Shown here: positions 21,286 to 30,886 of the stretch, in pieces | Numbering within the stretch: the stretch's first letter is position 1 | Layout of the letters: every line of letters begins with the position of its first letter | Assembly: GCA_965234645.1 (NCBI GenBank) | Contig: OZ248344.1 | Location: forward strand, 3,485,673-3,549,672 | Reading direction: 5' to 3' | DNA: 64,000 nt | Source of the DNA: Rivularia sp. (in: cyanobacteria) | GTDB taxonomy: Bacteria > Cyanobacteriota > Cyanobacteriia > Cyanobacteriales > Nostocaceae | Notes under the pieces: generated by a model | What the model was told of the DNA's origin: nothing | The model's input: the letters and a program-made list of their open reading frames with translations, nothing else | Database searches by the model: none | Made by a program: the position numbers and the translations under genes

Positions 21286-21321
21286 TAGCGCAGGAACAAA
21301 GCCTAAGCTTGGCTCTCGATC

Positions 21322-21365
21322 GGTTTACGAAGCGAAATTGCGATCGGATCAATCTTTTTTCGAGT
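21322..21365 (-). promoter_or_regulatory. Putative ECF sigma promoter upstream of the 140-aa ORF
   Basis: Minus strand TGATCC-N16-CGTA, about 36 nt before ATG 21285. Confidence 0.65.
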
Positions 21366-21462
21366 ATTAAAAATCTCGCAGCAGGACTTGGATTCCAAAG
21401 CTGTGCTACGGAACACCTACGATGAAGAATCTAGTATCTTTACCTACACCCCTTCTACTGGC

Positions 21463-22341
21463 TTAACTGAAGCTTCGCATTACTAATGGTCCAGCGGAGG
21501 TGATTGGATCGGTCGGGGCATCCAGCGTGATTAGCAACTGCGAAGGATTCTTGGTGCAGGCTGCATTTGGAGCGATCCATTGTGCCGTACCGCTGTCATT
21601 TTGGCGAAACTGTCCGCAGTACACCGGAGTAGAGGAGGGCTTGGCAACTGACCAAAGCCGATAGATTTGATTGTCTGAGAGCTTGGGCATCCCTTGAGCG
21701 ACCAGCGTCACGGTGCGATCGCCCGACTTTGCCAAGAGGCGTGCCGTAGCAAGACGGCTGTTTTTCGGGTTTGATGTTGCGCCAACCAGCGAATATATTT
21801 GTGTACCTGGTTGACCGAGCTGCGCGATCGCTCTTTGATTCGCTTGCAGTTCATTCTGAAGCCGCTTTAGCTCGGTATTCTTGGCTTCAAGCTGTTGCTG
21901 AAGGGCGACCGTTTGCTGAACTTGCCAACTCAGTTGAACCTGGTTTAACCCCAGCGCTATGACTGCTCCGGCTGCAATACTCGTGGCGATCGCAGGTATC
22001 CATTGTTTCCAATTGCGACGACTTGGGGCGAAGGGAACAACATTGGACTCCGGTGGGTCTGGATGAGGGACGGCTGCTGACTGAAGCGCCGCACTAATAA
22101 TTTTGTCCTTGAGGCGAGCGGAGGGTTCTAGCAGCGGCATATCGTAGGGAAGCAGCGCAAACGCTTCTCGAAAGGACTCGATTTCACCAGCGATCGCGGG
22201 GGATTGTGCGATCGCCTGATTTAAGCGATCGGCTTCATCAGGACTCAGATCGTCGAGAATAGAGCCTGCTACTAAATCGGTTTCGTTGGGGTTGTCATCG
22301 TCGCGAATCATAGTGGTTTGGGTTGGCATAGGAGCGATCAA
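21463..22341 (-). CDS. RskA-type anti-sigma factor
   Basis: DLVAGSILDDLSPDE N-terminal domain, TM WIPAIATSIAAGAVIALGL, coiled coil, C-terminal YRLWSV; overlaps the sigma stop by 4 nt. Confidence 0.88.
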   Translation of the reverse strand: MIAPMPTQTTMIRDDDNPNETDLVAGSILDDLSPDEADRLNQAIAQSPAIAGEIESFREAFALLPYDMPLLEPSARLKDKIISAALQSAAVPHPDPPESNVVPFAPSRRNWKQWIPAIATSIAAGAVIALGLNQVQLSWQVQQTVALQQQLEAKNTELKRLQNELQANQRAIAQLGQPGTQIYSLVGATSNPKNSRLATARLLAKSGDRTVTLVAQGMPKLSDNQIYRLWSVAKPSSTPVYCGQFRQNDSGTAQWIAPNAACTKNPSQLLITLDAPTDPITSAGPLVMRSFS

Positions 22342-22931
22342 ACGAGAGGGTTGAGTGCTGCTCGAAGCTTTTTGAGGGCTTGACGAGCGCGGGATTTGAC
22401 AGTGCCGAGGGGAATGCCGTCTCGCTTCGCTATCTCTGACTGGCTCAGTCCCTCATAATAGGCGGTTTCTAGCAGATGCCTGTCTTCGGGTGAAAGCTGT
22501 TTAAGCGCCTCACGGACTAGCTGAGTTCGCTCCTCCACAGTAACAAATTCTAGCGGGGGATTATAGTCTGGTGCGCCCTCTGAGAAGGTTTGAAATCGCT
22601 GAAGTTTTCGCTGACTGGACTGGCGCGATCGTACTCGATCGATGGAACGCGATCGAGTCAGGGTGATGAGAAAGCCGCTGAGCGATCCTTTCTTTGGCTG
22701 ATAAATGTCGCTGCGCTGCCAAAGGCGAAGGAATGTTTCTTGAGTCACCTCTTCGGCTTCTTCAATGTTGTTGAGGATCTGAACTGCCGTGCTGTATACG
22801 AGTCTGCCGTAGCGATCGTACAGTATGTCTAAGGCTTTGACCTGCTGTGCCTGAATTGCCAAAAAAATCTCCAGATCTGTTAATTGTTCATTGACAGTAG
22901 GCAAAGGCATCGAATCCATAGGGCGAGTCAA
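22338..22931 (-). CDS. ECF sigma factor (SigK-like)
   Basis: LYDRYGRLVY, AEEVTQETFLRLW (region 2); AYYEGLSQSEIA..PLGTVKSR (region 4). Confidence 0.92.
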   Translation of the reverse strand: MTRPMDSMPLPTVNEQLTDLEIFLAIQAQQVKALDILYDRYGRLVYSTAVQILNNIEEAEEVTQETFLRLWQRSDIYQPKKGSLSGFLITLTRSRSIDRVRSRQSSQRKLQRFQTFSEGAPDYNPPLEFVTVEERTQLVREALKQLSPEDRHLLETAYYEGLSQSEIAKRDGIPLGTVKSRARQALKKLRAALNPLV

Positions 22932-23254
22932 CTTAAATGGAAAAGACGGAGCAGCAGACAGTCTAGCAGGTAGAGGCGTGAAAGCAAACGATCTAGGCTA
23001 CCCTTCAATGTTGATGGCAGACTTGCTCAACGATGAACTTGCCGATCTCGCTTGATTTGCGGAGGGCTAACTATTTATTATACGGAAACTTTCCGTCTAT
23101 TAAACTAAGTGTTGAGTCAACCAGAGGGTTACAAGCATTTTAACCATAATATCAAGAAGTTTTCCGGATATGGTCAATATCAAACTCTCTATTATACAGA
23201 AAATTTCCAGATAACTACCTGATTTGGGATTGATGGTTAATAGGGTAATGATAT

Positions 23255-23338
23255 ATGAAACTGGAATTAAAAGTCCCGAATATGGCTTGTGCTGCTTGTG
23301 GGGAGACTATTACAGCAGCAATAAAAGCGATCGCTTAA
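23255..23338 (+). pseudogene. Truncated Atx1/CopZ-type copper chaperone (27 aa)
   Basis: MKLELKVPNMACAACGETITAAIKAIA-stop. The MxCxxC motif is present, and the frame ends right after GCGATCGC at 23327-23334. Confidence 0.75.
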
Positions 23339-23507
23339 TTGATGTGGTGGTATCAACGCGATCGCATTACTTCATTAACCCGTATTTGGTAGTTATTCAA
23401 AAAACATGAGTTTCATTATGCACGCGATCGCATAATTGATGTGTTGGTATAAACGCGATTGCATTACTTCATTAACCCGTATTTGGTGTTGATTCAAAAA
23501 ACACGAG
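23327..23507 (+). repeat. Tandem duplication with 97-bp period, HIP1-bounded
   Basis: Units start GCGATCGC(T/A)TAATTGATGTG at 23327 and 23424 and share CATTACTTCATTAACCCGTATTTGGT..ATTCAAAAAACA. Confidence 0.85.
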
Positions 23508-23662
23508 AATCGTCTTACCGGATGTTAATGCCATAACAAATGTAGCGAACTACCAGCTTTGGCAGTTATTCTATCCTAAAGTCACCCTATCCGCTTGGTT
23601 GATGGAGGGGCGTTATGATGGTTTGCATGATTTCGAGTTTGGGTTAGGCTTTGTAATGCATT

Positions 23663-23715
23663 TTGACAATACAGCTTCAAATAATTATCATGAAATTACC
23701 TGTTAATTATTTGAA
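23663..23715 (+). promoter_or_regulatory. Sigma70 promoter with overlapping operator for the TA operon
   Basis: TTGACA (23663-68)-N17-TATCAT (23686-91); perfect 12-bp inverted repeat TTCAAATAATTA (23676-87)/TAATTATTTGAA (23704-15). Confidence 0.7.
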
Positions 23716-23718
23716 AAT

Positions 23719-24006
23719 ATGATCAGCCTTCGTAACATTTACCCACTGTCAGAATTCCAACGAGGAGCCAAAGCCTTTTTGGAAAAGTTGAGGGAAACAA
23801 AAGAACCTATTATTCTTACTGTGAACGGTAAAGCATCTGTGGTTGTTCAAGATGCCGAAAGTTATCAGGAACTACTCGATCGCCTAGAGATTTTGGAGAC
23901 AAGCGCAGGAATTCGCAAAAGTTTGGAGGAATTTGAGCAGGGAAAAGGTATCCCCCTAGATGAAGCATTCGAGCAACTGCGAACAAAATATGACATACAA
24001 GGTTGA
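23719..24006 (+). CDS. Phd/YefM-family antitoxin
   Basis: IYPLSEFQRGAKAFLEKLRETKEPIILTVNGKASVVVQDAESYQELL. Confidence 0.9.
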   Translation: MISLRNIYPLSEFQRGAKAFLEKLRETKEPIILTVNGKASVVVQDAESYQELLDRLEILETSAGIRKSLEEFEQGKGIPLDEAFEQLRTKYDIQG

Positions 24007-24079
24007 AGTTTCGCCAACTGCGGTTGCTGATATCGAACAAATATTTCTCTGGATGCGCGAGTCTTTTATTTTCTCATAG
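23990..24079 (+). pseudogene. Truncated ParE/RelE-family toxin (29 aa)
   Basis: MTYKVEVSPTAVADIEQIFLWMRES.. overlaps the antitoxin end and stops early; I find no continuation. Confidence 0.75.
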
Positions 24080-24266
24080 CCACCCTAATACCATAATTTT
24101 CTCAACAAGGAATTTAATTGCCTGCGTTTCTCTATGAACACAAATGACAACGTTCCGCTTATCTTTTTACTCTTGAAATCTTGTATCCAAACCGTTCATA
24201 CAGATGAATATTGTGCTGACCGAAATTAATGGGATACAAGCCCCATCCTTATAGGACGGCTTTTAT

Positions 24267-24398
24267 TTACACGTTGGGCAAAGAATCTATCCAATCTTCA
24301 ACTAAGGAAGTAATACTTTTTTCTCTTTTTACGGCGTATAATCTTAGCTTATTTAAACGACGCAAAGTTATCCGTAAGCTTAATCTAGATTCTTTCAT
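24267..24398 (-). CDS. 43-aa ribbon-helix-helix-like protein divergent from tnpB (not in the ORF track)
   Basis: MKESRLSLRITLRRLNKLRLYAVKREKSITSLVEDWIDSLPNV: alternating beta-strand then two amphipathic helices. Confidence 0.72.
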   Translation of the reverse strand: MKESRLSLRITLRRLNKLRLYAVKREKSITSLVEDWIDSLPNV

Positions 24399-24466
24399 TA
24401 TGGGTGGCAATATGCTACCCATTAATGTTACTATATAAACAAGTAGTAAGCAACTATTATAGGAAT

Positions 24467-25654
24467 ATGAAAGCTAGATATCAATTCCGATTCTATCCAA
24501 CAAATCAACAACAGCAGAGTTTAGCTCAGTTGTTTGGTTGTGTCCGGGTAGTTTGGAATGATGCTTTAGCTTTTTGCAAGCAATCAGAAAAATTGCCGAA
24601 AAATGGCGACTTACAAAAATTAGTTATCACTCAAGCCAAGAAGACAGAAGAAAGAGCATGGTTGTCTGAAGTTTCTAATATACCATTACAGCAATCTATT
24701 ATTGATTTAGGAACTGCTTATAAAAACTTTTTTGATTCTCTTAAAGGTAAACGTAAAGGCAAGAAAGTAGGTACTCCAAAGTTCAAGAAGAAAGTAAACC
24801 AACAATCAGCACGATTTAGAATTGGTGGATTTTCGATTAAAGGAAAAGAGGTTTATCTTACTAAAATAGGCAATTTAAAACCTATTTGGTCAAGAGAATT
24901 ACCATCAAATCCAACTTCAGTAACCGTAATCAAGGATTGTGCTAACCGCTATTTCCTGAGTTTTATAGTAGAAATCGAGCCAATCAATATTGATGCCAAA
25001 AACCAAAGTATCGGTATTGATTTAGGTGTCAAAGTTTTTGCTTTTATGAGCAACGGAGATAAAGCAGAAAGTCCTAGTTACTCAAAATTGGATAGAAGAA
25101 TTCGCAAACTACAGAAAAAATTAGCACGTCAGTCCAAAGATTCAAGACGTAGGGAAAAAACACGAATTCGGATTGCAAAACTCCATAATCAAATTGCAGA
25201 TACCCGGAAAGACTTTTTACATAAACTGACGACTTTAGTCGTTAGTGAAAATCAAACTATCGTTTTAGAAGACTTGAATATTTCTGGGATGGTTAAAAAC
25301 CGTAAACTTGCTAGAGCTATTAGCTTGCAGGGGTGGAGAGAATTCAGAACATTATGTGAAGCGAAGTCCGATAAATTTAGTAGAAACTTTCGGGTTATCA
25401 GTAGATGGGAACCAACTAGCCAAATTTGTTCTGAATGTGGATACAAGTGGGGTAAGTTAGATTTGAAAATTCGGTCGGTTCAATGTTTAAATTGTGGAGC
25501 TGAACACGATCGAGATGAAAATGCAGCCAAAAATATAAATAAAGTCGGGATAGGGCATTGCCACGACTCTAAACGGACGCTGAGACAGAGTAAGACAACA
25601 ACGGTTGCATCCGTCAGTGAAGCGTTAAGAATCACCGCTCCTTTTGGTCGGTGA
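24467..25654 (+). CDS. tnpB: RNA-guided endonuclease TnpB
   Basis: MKARYQFRFYPT start; RuvC motifs GIDLG, VLEDL, HDRDENAA; zinc finger CSEC..CLNC. Confidence 0.93.
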   Translation: MKARYQFRFYPTNQQQQSLAQLFGCVRVVWNDALAFCKQSEKLPKNGDLQKLVITQAKKTEERAWLSEVSNIPLQQSIIDLGTAYKNFFDSLKGKRKGKKVGTPKFKKKVNQQSARFRIGGFSIKGKEVYLTKIGNLKPIWSRELPSNPTSVTVIKDCANRYFLSFIVEIEPINIDAKNQSIGIDLGVKVFAFMSNGDKAESPSYSKLDRRIRKLQKKLARQSKDSRRREKTRIRIAKLHNQIADTRKDFLHKLTTLVVSENQTIVLEDLNISGMVKNRKLARAISLQGWREFRTLCEAKSDKFSRNFRVISRWEPTSQICSECGYKWGKLDLKIRSVQCLNCGAEHDRDENAAKNINKVGIGHCHDSKRTLRQSKTTTVASVSEALRITAPFGR

Positions 25655-25794
25655 GTATGTCAATCTTGTGTCCAGCGAACAACTCAAAACGCTCGAAAGT
25701 AATTTAACATTTTTGCACAACTCGTGCTATTTTTACCGTATTTTTTACGGAGACGCGATAAGATTCTAAAACAATATGCGTAATTTAAGGTCTA

Positions 25795-26778
25795 ATGGCA
25801 GAAACACTATTTTTTAATGCTTTGCGGGAAGCCACTGATGAAGAAATGGCTCGCGATAAAACCGTTATGGTACTTGGTGAAGATGTAGGACATTATGGTG
25901 GTTCCTACAAAGTTACTAAAGATTTACACAAAAAATATGGCGACCTGAGAATATTAGATACACCCATCGCCGAAAATAGTTTTACGGGAATGGCGATCGG
26001 TGCTGCAATGACCGGGTTAAGACCGATAATTGAAGGCATGAACATGGGCTTTTTGTTATTAGCCTTCAACCAAATATCAAATAATGCTGGGATGTTGCGC
26101 TACACGAGCGGCGGTAACTTCAAAATTCCTTTAGTCATTCGCGGTCCTGGTGGAGTCGGAAGACAGCTAGGTGCAGAACATTCCCAGCGTTTGGAAGCTT
26201 ATTTCCAAGCTGTTCCTGGGTTAAAAATTGTTGCTTGCTCCACGCCTTACAATGCCAAAGGTTTATTAAAATCAGCTATTCGCGATAATAATCCGGTATT
26301 GTTTTTTGAACACGTACTGCTTTATAACTTAAAAGAAGATTTACCCGAAGAAGAATACCTGCTGCCCTTAGATAAAGCAGAAGTTGTACGAAGCGGGGAA
26401 GATGTCACAATACTTACTTACTCGCGGATGCGCCATCATGTTATGCAAGCCGTGAAGACATTGGAAAAATCGGGTTTCGACCCAGAAGTTATCGATCTAA
26501 TTTCTTTAAAACCATTAGATTTTGATACCATCAGTGAATCTATACGCAAAACCCACCGAGTAATTATTGTTGAAGAATGCATGAGAACCGGGGGTGTAGC
26601 AGCAGAAATTATTGCTTCAATCAACGAACGCTTATTTGACGAATTGGATGCGCCAGTGCTGCGGCTTTCTTCCCAAGATATTCCCACACCTTACAACGGT
26701 AACTTGGAAAGATTGACCATTGTTCAACCAGAGCAAATCGTCGAAGCAGTAGAAAAAATGGTTGCAGCAAAAGTCTAA
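25795..26778 (+). CDS. pdhB: Pyruvate dehydrogenase E1 beta subunit
   Basis: [33 protein letters not shown]. Confidence 0.97.
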   Translation: MAETLFFNALREATDEEMARDKTVMVLGEDVGHYGGSYKVTKDLHKKYGDLRILDTPIAENSFTGMAIGAAMTGLRPIIEGMNMGFLLLAFNQISNNAGMLRYTSGGNFKIPLVIRGPGGVGRQLGAEHSQRLEAYFQAVPGLKIVACSTPYNAKGLLKSAIRDNNPVLFFEHVLLYNLKEDLPEEEYLLPLDKAEVVRSGEDVTILTYSRMRHHVMQAVKTLEKSGFDPEVIDLISLKPLDFDTISESIRKTHRVIIVEECMRTGGVAAEIIASINERLFDELDAPVLRLSSQDIPTPYNGNLERLTIVQPEQIVEAVEKMVAAKV

Positions 26779-26787
26779 GGGATTTTA

Positions 26788-26819
26788 GATTTTAACAACG
26801 GATGCATTTGTTTTGGATT
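26788..26819 (+). repeat. 32-bp dispersed repeat, copy 2
   Basis: Identical to 13415-13446. Confidence 0.85.
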
Positions 26820-26823
26820 GGGG

Positions 26824-26973
26824 GTTAGGAATTAGGAGTTAGGAATTAGGAGTTAGGAGTTAGGAATTAGGAATTAGGAGTTAGGAATTAGGAGTTAGGA
26901 GTTAGGAGTTAGGAGTTAGGAGTCAGGAGTTAGGAGTCAGGAGTTAGGAGTTAGGAGTTAGGAGTTAGGAGTT
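26824..26973 (+). repeat. STRR-type heptamer array (GTTAGGA/ATTAGGA)n, about 21 units
   Basis: Seen directly. Confidence 0.95.
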
Positions 26974-27045
26974 GTAAATTAACATTTCCCCGCATATTTG
27001 TAGTGCGAGCGTCTCGCTCGCTATCTACCTCACTCTTCCCCTCTC

Positions 27046-27134
27046 CTTGTCCCCTTGTCCCCTTGTCCCCTTGTCCCCTTGTCCCCTTGTCCCCTTGTCC
27101 CCTTGTCCCCTTGTCCCCTTGTCCCCTTGTCCCC
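27046..27134 (+). repeat. Octamer array (CCCCTTGT)n, about 11 units
   Basis: Seen directly. Confidence 0.95.
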
Positions 27135-27256
27135 TCTCCCCCATCCCACCAATTCCCAATTCCTAATTCCGATAAAATAGTAAAATTAATAACTCTTCAC
27201 TCATAACTCATAAAGAAGCGCTATTATAGCGTTTGTCGCGCTTAAGGGGGGATGGT

Positions 27257-28681
27257 ATGCAAAAACAGCAATTGTTTTTAGCTTTGATTTTTGTTCTGGT
27301 AATTGCCGCAGTAACGACGATCGCCACAATTCCGGTGCCTTTGGGGCTGGATTTGCGGGGGGGTTCGCAACTGACTATTCAGGTTAAGACTACTCCAGAA
27401 ATTAAGCAGATAGGTGAACGTGAATTGGAAGCGGTACAAACAGTTCTCGGTAATCGAGTTAATGGACTCGGAGTTTCGGAGCCTGTAATTCAAAGTGCTG
27501 GAACGGATAAAATTTTGGTTCAGCTACCTGGAGTTGATAACCCAGCACAAGCCGAACGGGTTTTGGGTGGTACGGCACAATTAGAGTTTATGACTCAGAA
27601 GCCGGGAACAGAAACTCAACTTTTTGCTTTACGAGCCAATCGCGAACAGCTCAAAGCCAAACAAGCAGAGTTAATTGCTGCTCAAAATAAAGATGCTGGT
27701 GCAATTGAGAAAAATCAACAAGAACTAAAAACAAATCAACAGGCGATCGCCGAATTATTTGAAAGTTTAGAACCGCCGCTAACGGGTAAATATCTAACTA
27801 ATGCCAGCCCTTATAGCCCCCAACAAGGTGGCGCTAGTTGGGCTGTAGGACTTCAGTTTAATCCAGAAGGTGGTCAGCTGTTCGCGGATTTAACCAAAAA
27901 TCTGGCGGGTACCGGACGCAGTATTGGTATTTTTCTTGATAATGAATTAATTAGCGCTGCTTCTGTAGCCGTAAAATTTGCTAATACGGGAATTACTGGT
28001 GGTAATGCGGAAATTTCAGGTAGTTTTACAGCCCAGGATGCTCAAGATTTAGCAGTGCAGTTGCGCGGTGGTTCGCTACCAGTACCGATAGAAATTGTCG
28101 AAAATCGTACAGTCGGTGCCACATTGGGAAGAGACAGTATCCAACGCAGTATTTACGCTGGTGTTGGTGGTTTGGCTTTAGTATTGATATTTATGGTGGT
28201 TTACTACAGACTACCAGGATTAATTGCCGATATTGCGCTGATAATTTATGCGCTTTTTACTTGGGCTTGTTTCGCTTTGCTTGGCGTAACTTTAACTTTA
28301 CCCGGTATTGCCGGTTTTATCCTGAGTATTGGGATGGCGGTTGATGCTAACGTGCTAATTTTTGAGCGCACGCGGGAAGAGTTACAGGCAGGTAAATCAC
28401 TTTATCGCTCCGTCGAATCTGGCTTTTACCGAGCATGGTCTAGTATTTTAGATAGCAATATCACAACACTGATTGCCTGTGCAGCGCTGTTTTGGTTGGG
28501 ATTTGGCTTAGTCAAAGGCTTCGCCGTAACTTTGGCTGTAGGGGTAGCAGTTAGTATGTTTACAGCAGTTACTTGTAGCCGCACGTTTATGTTTTTAGCA
28601 ATTAGAATTCCTTCAATACGCAAGCCAGAACTTTTCTGTCCCAACCTGCCAAGCTCAAATAAAGCACAGGTGGCGAAATGA
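27257..28681 (+). CDS. secD: Protein translocase subunit SecD
   Basis: [42 protein letters not shown]; probable ATG 27257. Confidence 0.96.
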   Translation: MQKQQLFLALIFVLVIAAVTTIATIPVPLGLDLRGGSQLTIQVKTTPEIKQIGERELEAVQTVLGNRVNGLGVSEPVIQSAGTDKILVQLPGVDNPAQAERVLGGTAQLEFMTQKPGTETQLFALRANREQLKAKQAELIAAQNKDAGAIEKNQQELKTNQQAIAELFESLEPPLTGKYLTNASPYSPQQGGASWAVGLQFNPEGGQLFADLTKNLAGTGRSIGIFLDNELISAASVAVKFANTGITGGNAEISGSFTAQDAQDLAVQLRGGSLPVPIEIVENRTVGATLGRDSIQRSIYAGVGGLALVLIFMVVYYRLPGLIADIALIIYALFTWACFALLGVTLTLPGIAGFILSIGMAVDANVLIFERTREELQAGKSLYRSVESGFYRAWSSILDSNITTLIACAALFWLGFGLVKGFAVTLAVGVAVSMFTAVTCSRTFMFLAIRIPSIRKPELFCPNLPSSNKAQVAK

Positions 28682-29655
28682 AAATTAGTGTTAATAAATC
28701 GCGAACTCTGTGGTGGGGTATTTCGGGTGCTGTAATCTTAGCTGGCATCATAAGTATGCTGGTTTCTTGGCAGCAAATTGGCGCACCGCTGCGTCCTAGT
28801 TTGGATTTTGTCGGCGGTACGCGGTTGCAGTTTGAACGAGACTGTACTTTGCCATCGAACTGCGACGAAGCAATTGATATCAACGTAGTTCGAGAAGTTG
28901 TAGCCTCACAGGGCTTAGGCGATAGCAGCATCCAACTTATTGCCGATAGAGAAACTGGTGATAAAAACGGCGTACTGATTCGGTCAAAAACTTTGGATGT
29001 AGAAAAGCGCACCCAGTTACAAAAGGCTTTGAGCGAACGAATTGGTACTTTTGACTCGCAAAAAAGTCAGATCGATACAGTCGGACCAACATTAGGACGA
29101 CAATTATTTAACACTGGAATCACTGCCTTGATAGTGGCATTTTCGGGTATTGTAATTTACCTATCTATTCGATTTAAGTTAGATTACGCAGTATTTGCCA
29201 TTATCGCCACTTTTCACGATCTGGTAATGACAACAGGGATTTTCTCGATATTTGGATTGCTGTTTGGTATAGAAGTAGATAGCTTATTTATTGTTGCTTT
29301 ACTTACCATTACGGGTTTTTCGGTTAACGATACCGTAGTAATTTACGATCGCATCCGCGAAACTCTCGAAGCAAATCCCAATCGTCCGATCGCTGAAATT
29401 GTGGACGATGCAGTCAATCAAACCTTAGCGCGATCGATCAACACCACGCTAACAACTTTATTGTCGTTAATTGCAATCTTTCTATTTGGTGGCGAAACCT
29501 TAAAAAACTTTGCTTTAGCGCTAATTATTGGCTTTGTCGCCGGAGCATATTCTAGTATTTTTATCGCTAGCACGCTCCTAGCTTGGTGGCGCGAACGAAA
29601 ACAAAAATCAAATCCACCTTCTGGAACCAGCGAACAAGTAACTGTTAACAGTTAG
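28678..29655 (+). CDS. secF: Protein translocase subunit SecF
   Basis: [33 protein letters not shown]. Confidence 0.96.
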   Translation: MKISVNKSRTLWWGISGAVILAGIISMLVSWQQIGAPLRPSLDFVGGTRLQFERDCTLPSNCDEAIDINVVREVVASQGLGDSSIQLIADRETGDKNGVLIRSKTLDVEKRTQLQKALSERIGTFDSQKSQIDTVGPTLGRQLFNTGITALIVAFSGIVIYLSIRFKLDYAVFAIIATFHDLVMTTGIFSIFGLLFGIEVDSLFIVALLTITGFSVNDTVVIYDRIRETLEANPNRPIAEIVDDAVNQTLARSINTTLTTLLSLIAIFLFGGETLKNFALALIIGFVAGAYSSIFIASTLLAWWRERKQKSNPPSGTSEQVTVNS

Positions 29656-29675
29656 GAGTAATTAAGGTTAAAGGT

Positions 29676-29797
29676 TAAAGGTTAAAGGTTAAAGGTTAAA
29701 GGTGAAAAATAGTTAGGAGTGAGGACCACCGGAATTAAGAATTATCTCCTTGTCCCCTCTTCCCCATCTCCCCATCTCCCCATCTCCCCATCTCCCC
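29676..29797 (+). repeat. Short tandem arrays (TAAAGGT)n and (CCCCATCT)n
   Basis: About 29676-29703 and 29760-29797. Confidence 0.85.
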
Positions 29798-29807
29798 TCT
29801 CTTGCTT

Positions 29808-30197
29808 ATGGCTCAAGTAGAACAACCGTCATCGGATTCATCTTTTGTTCGACAGGTGGAAAGACTGCATCGGCTAACGGTTTATGGTCGATGGCTGCTG
29901 GTTGTATTTTTATGGCTTACATTAGCACCTTTGTGTTTATGGGATTTACGTGCGGAAATTAAGTTGTTGCAGGATTATTTTACCTGGTCTTCGGTGCGAT
30001 ATGGTCTGTTTTTCCATCCTTTTGCTGCTGTCGGACTTAGTTTATGTATAGGTATGACTCTTAGCGTTTTAATTTGGCAAAGTCGTAATATTTTAGCTGG
30101 TATGCCAGTTTCGGAAAAGCAGCGTTTGGAAAAACAGGTTTATCGCATCCGCCAGCAGGGTTCTTCTCATCCTTTATGGAAATGGGTTTGTAGGTAA
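29808..30197 (+). CDS. Hypothetical two-TM membrane protein
   Basis: Two hydrophobic segments; ends QQGSSHPLWKWVCR. Confidence 0.75.
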   Translation: MAQVEQPSSDSSFVRQVERLHRLTVYGRWLLVVFLWLTLAPLCLWDLRAEIKLLQDYFTWSSVRYGLFFHPFAAVGLSLCIGMTLSVLIWQSRNILAGMPVSEKQRLEKQVYRIRQQGSSHPLWKWVCR

Positions 30198-30418
30198 ATT
30201 TCTACTCAATTTTATTGTTAAGTTTATTATACTTTTTTAGAAAAAGTGTAAGTTTTGTGTTTTAAAATTAAACCTTACGCAAAAAGAAATAAATATATAG
30301 TTTTCCAGATTTTTATATATCCCTAGCTGCCCCCTTCTGAATTTGGGCGGCTTTGCGTAACTATTAATCGTGTTGGTATAACTAAAAAATTAGAACTTCT
30401 ATCTTGGTTACGACGTGT

Positions 30419-30886
30419 ATGAATAATTCTCAAATTTTATTTAGCGATGCAAAATCTAAAATTGACCTCTTACAACTCCAAGAACTATTTGCTAATGGTG
30501 CTTTTTGGGCAAGAGAACGAAATATAGAGGATTTAGCAGAAGCGATCGCAAATAGCGAGCCTGTAATTGCTGTGTGGAATAAACAGCAATTAATTGGTTT
30601 TGCCAGAGCAACAAGTGACGGTGTTTATCGAGCTACGATTTGGGATGTTGTTATCCACCCAGATTTTCGTGGAACTGGACTAGGTAGTAAATTGGTCGAA
30701 ACGGTTTTAAGTCATCCTCGGATGAGTAAGGTAGAACGTGTCTATTTAATGACTACTCACCAGCAAAAATTCTATGAAAAAATTGGTTTTGAGCAGAATA
30801 CCTCAACCACGATGGTGATATACAACCGCTCAAACTTATCAAGTTTTAGTGCTGCAACTGTGCTTCACGAATCCCCAAAGGAATAG
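30419..30886 (+). CDS. GNAT-family N-acetyltransferase
   Basis: [39 protein letters not shown]. Confidence 0.9.
   Translation: MNNSQILFSDAKSKIDLLQLQELFANGAFWARERNIEDLAEAIANSEPVIAVWNKQQLIGFARATSDGVYRATIWDVVIHPDFRGTGLGSKLVETVLSHPRMSKVERVYLMTTHQQKFYEKIGFEQNTSTTMVIYNRSNLSSFSAATVLHESPKE

Larger units (their letters stand above)
24221..25663 (+). mobile_element. Non-autonomous IS200/IS605-family element (RHH-like gene plus tnpB)
   Basis: Right end ..CACCG-CTCCTTTTGGT-CGGTG-AGTATGTCAA (25663); left subterminal hairpin in GGGATACAAGCCCCATCCTTATAGGACGGCTTT. The left boundary is approximate. Confidence 0.72.
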
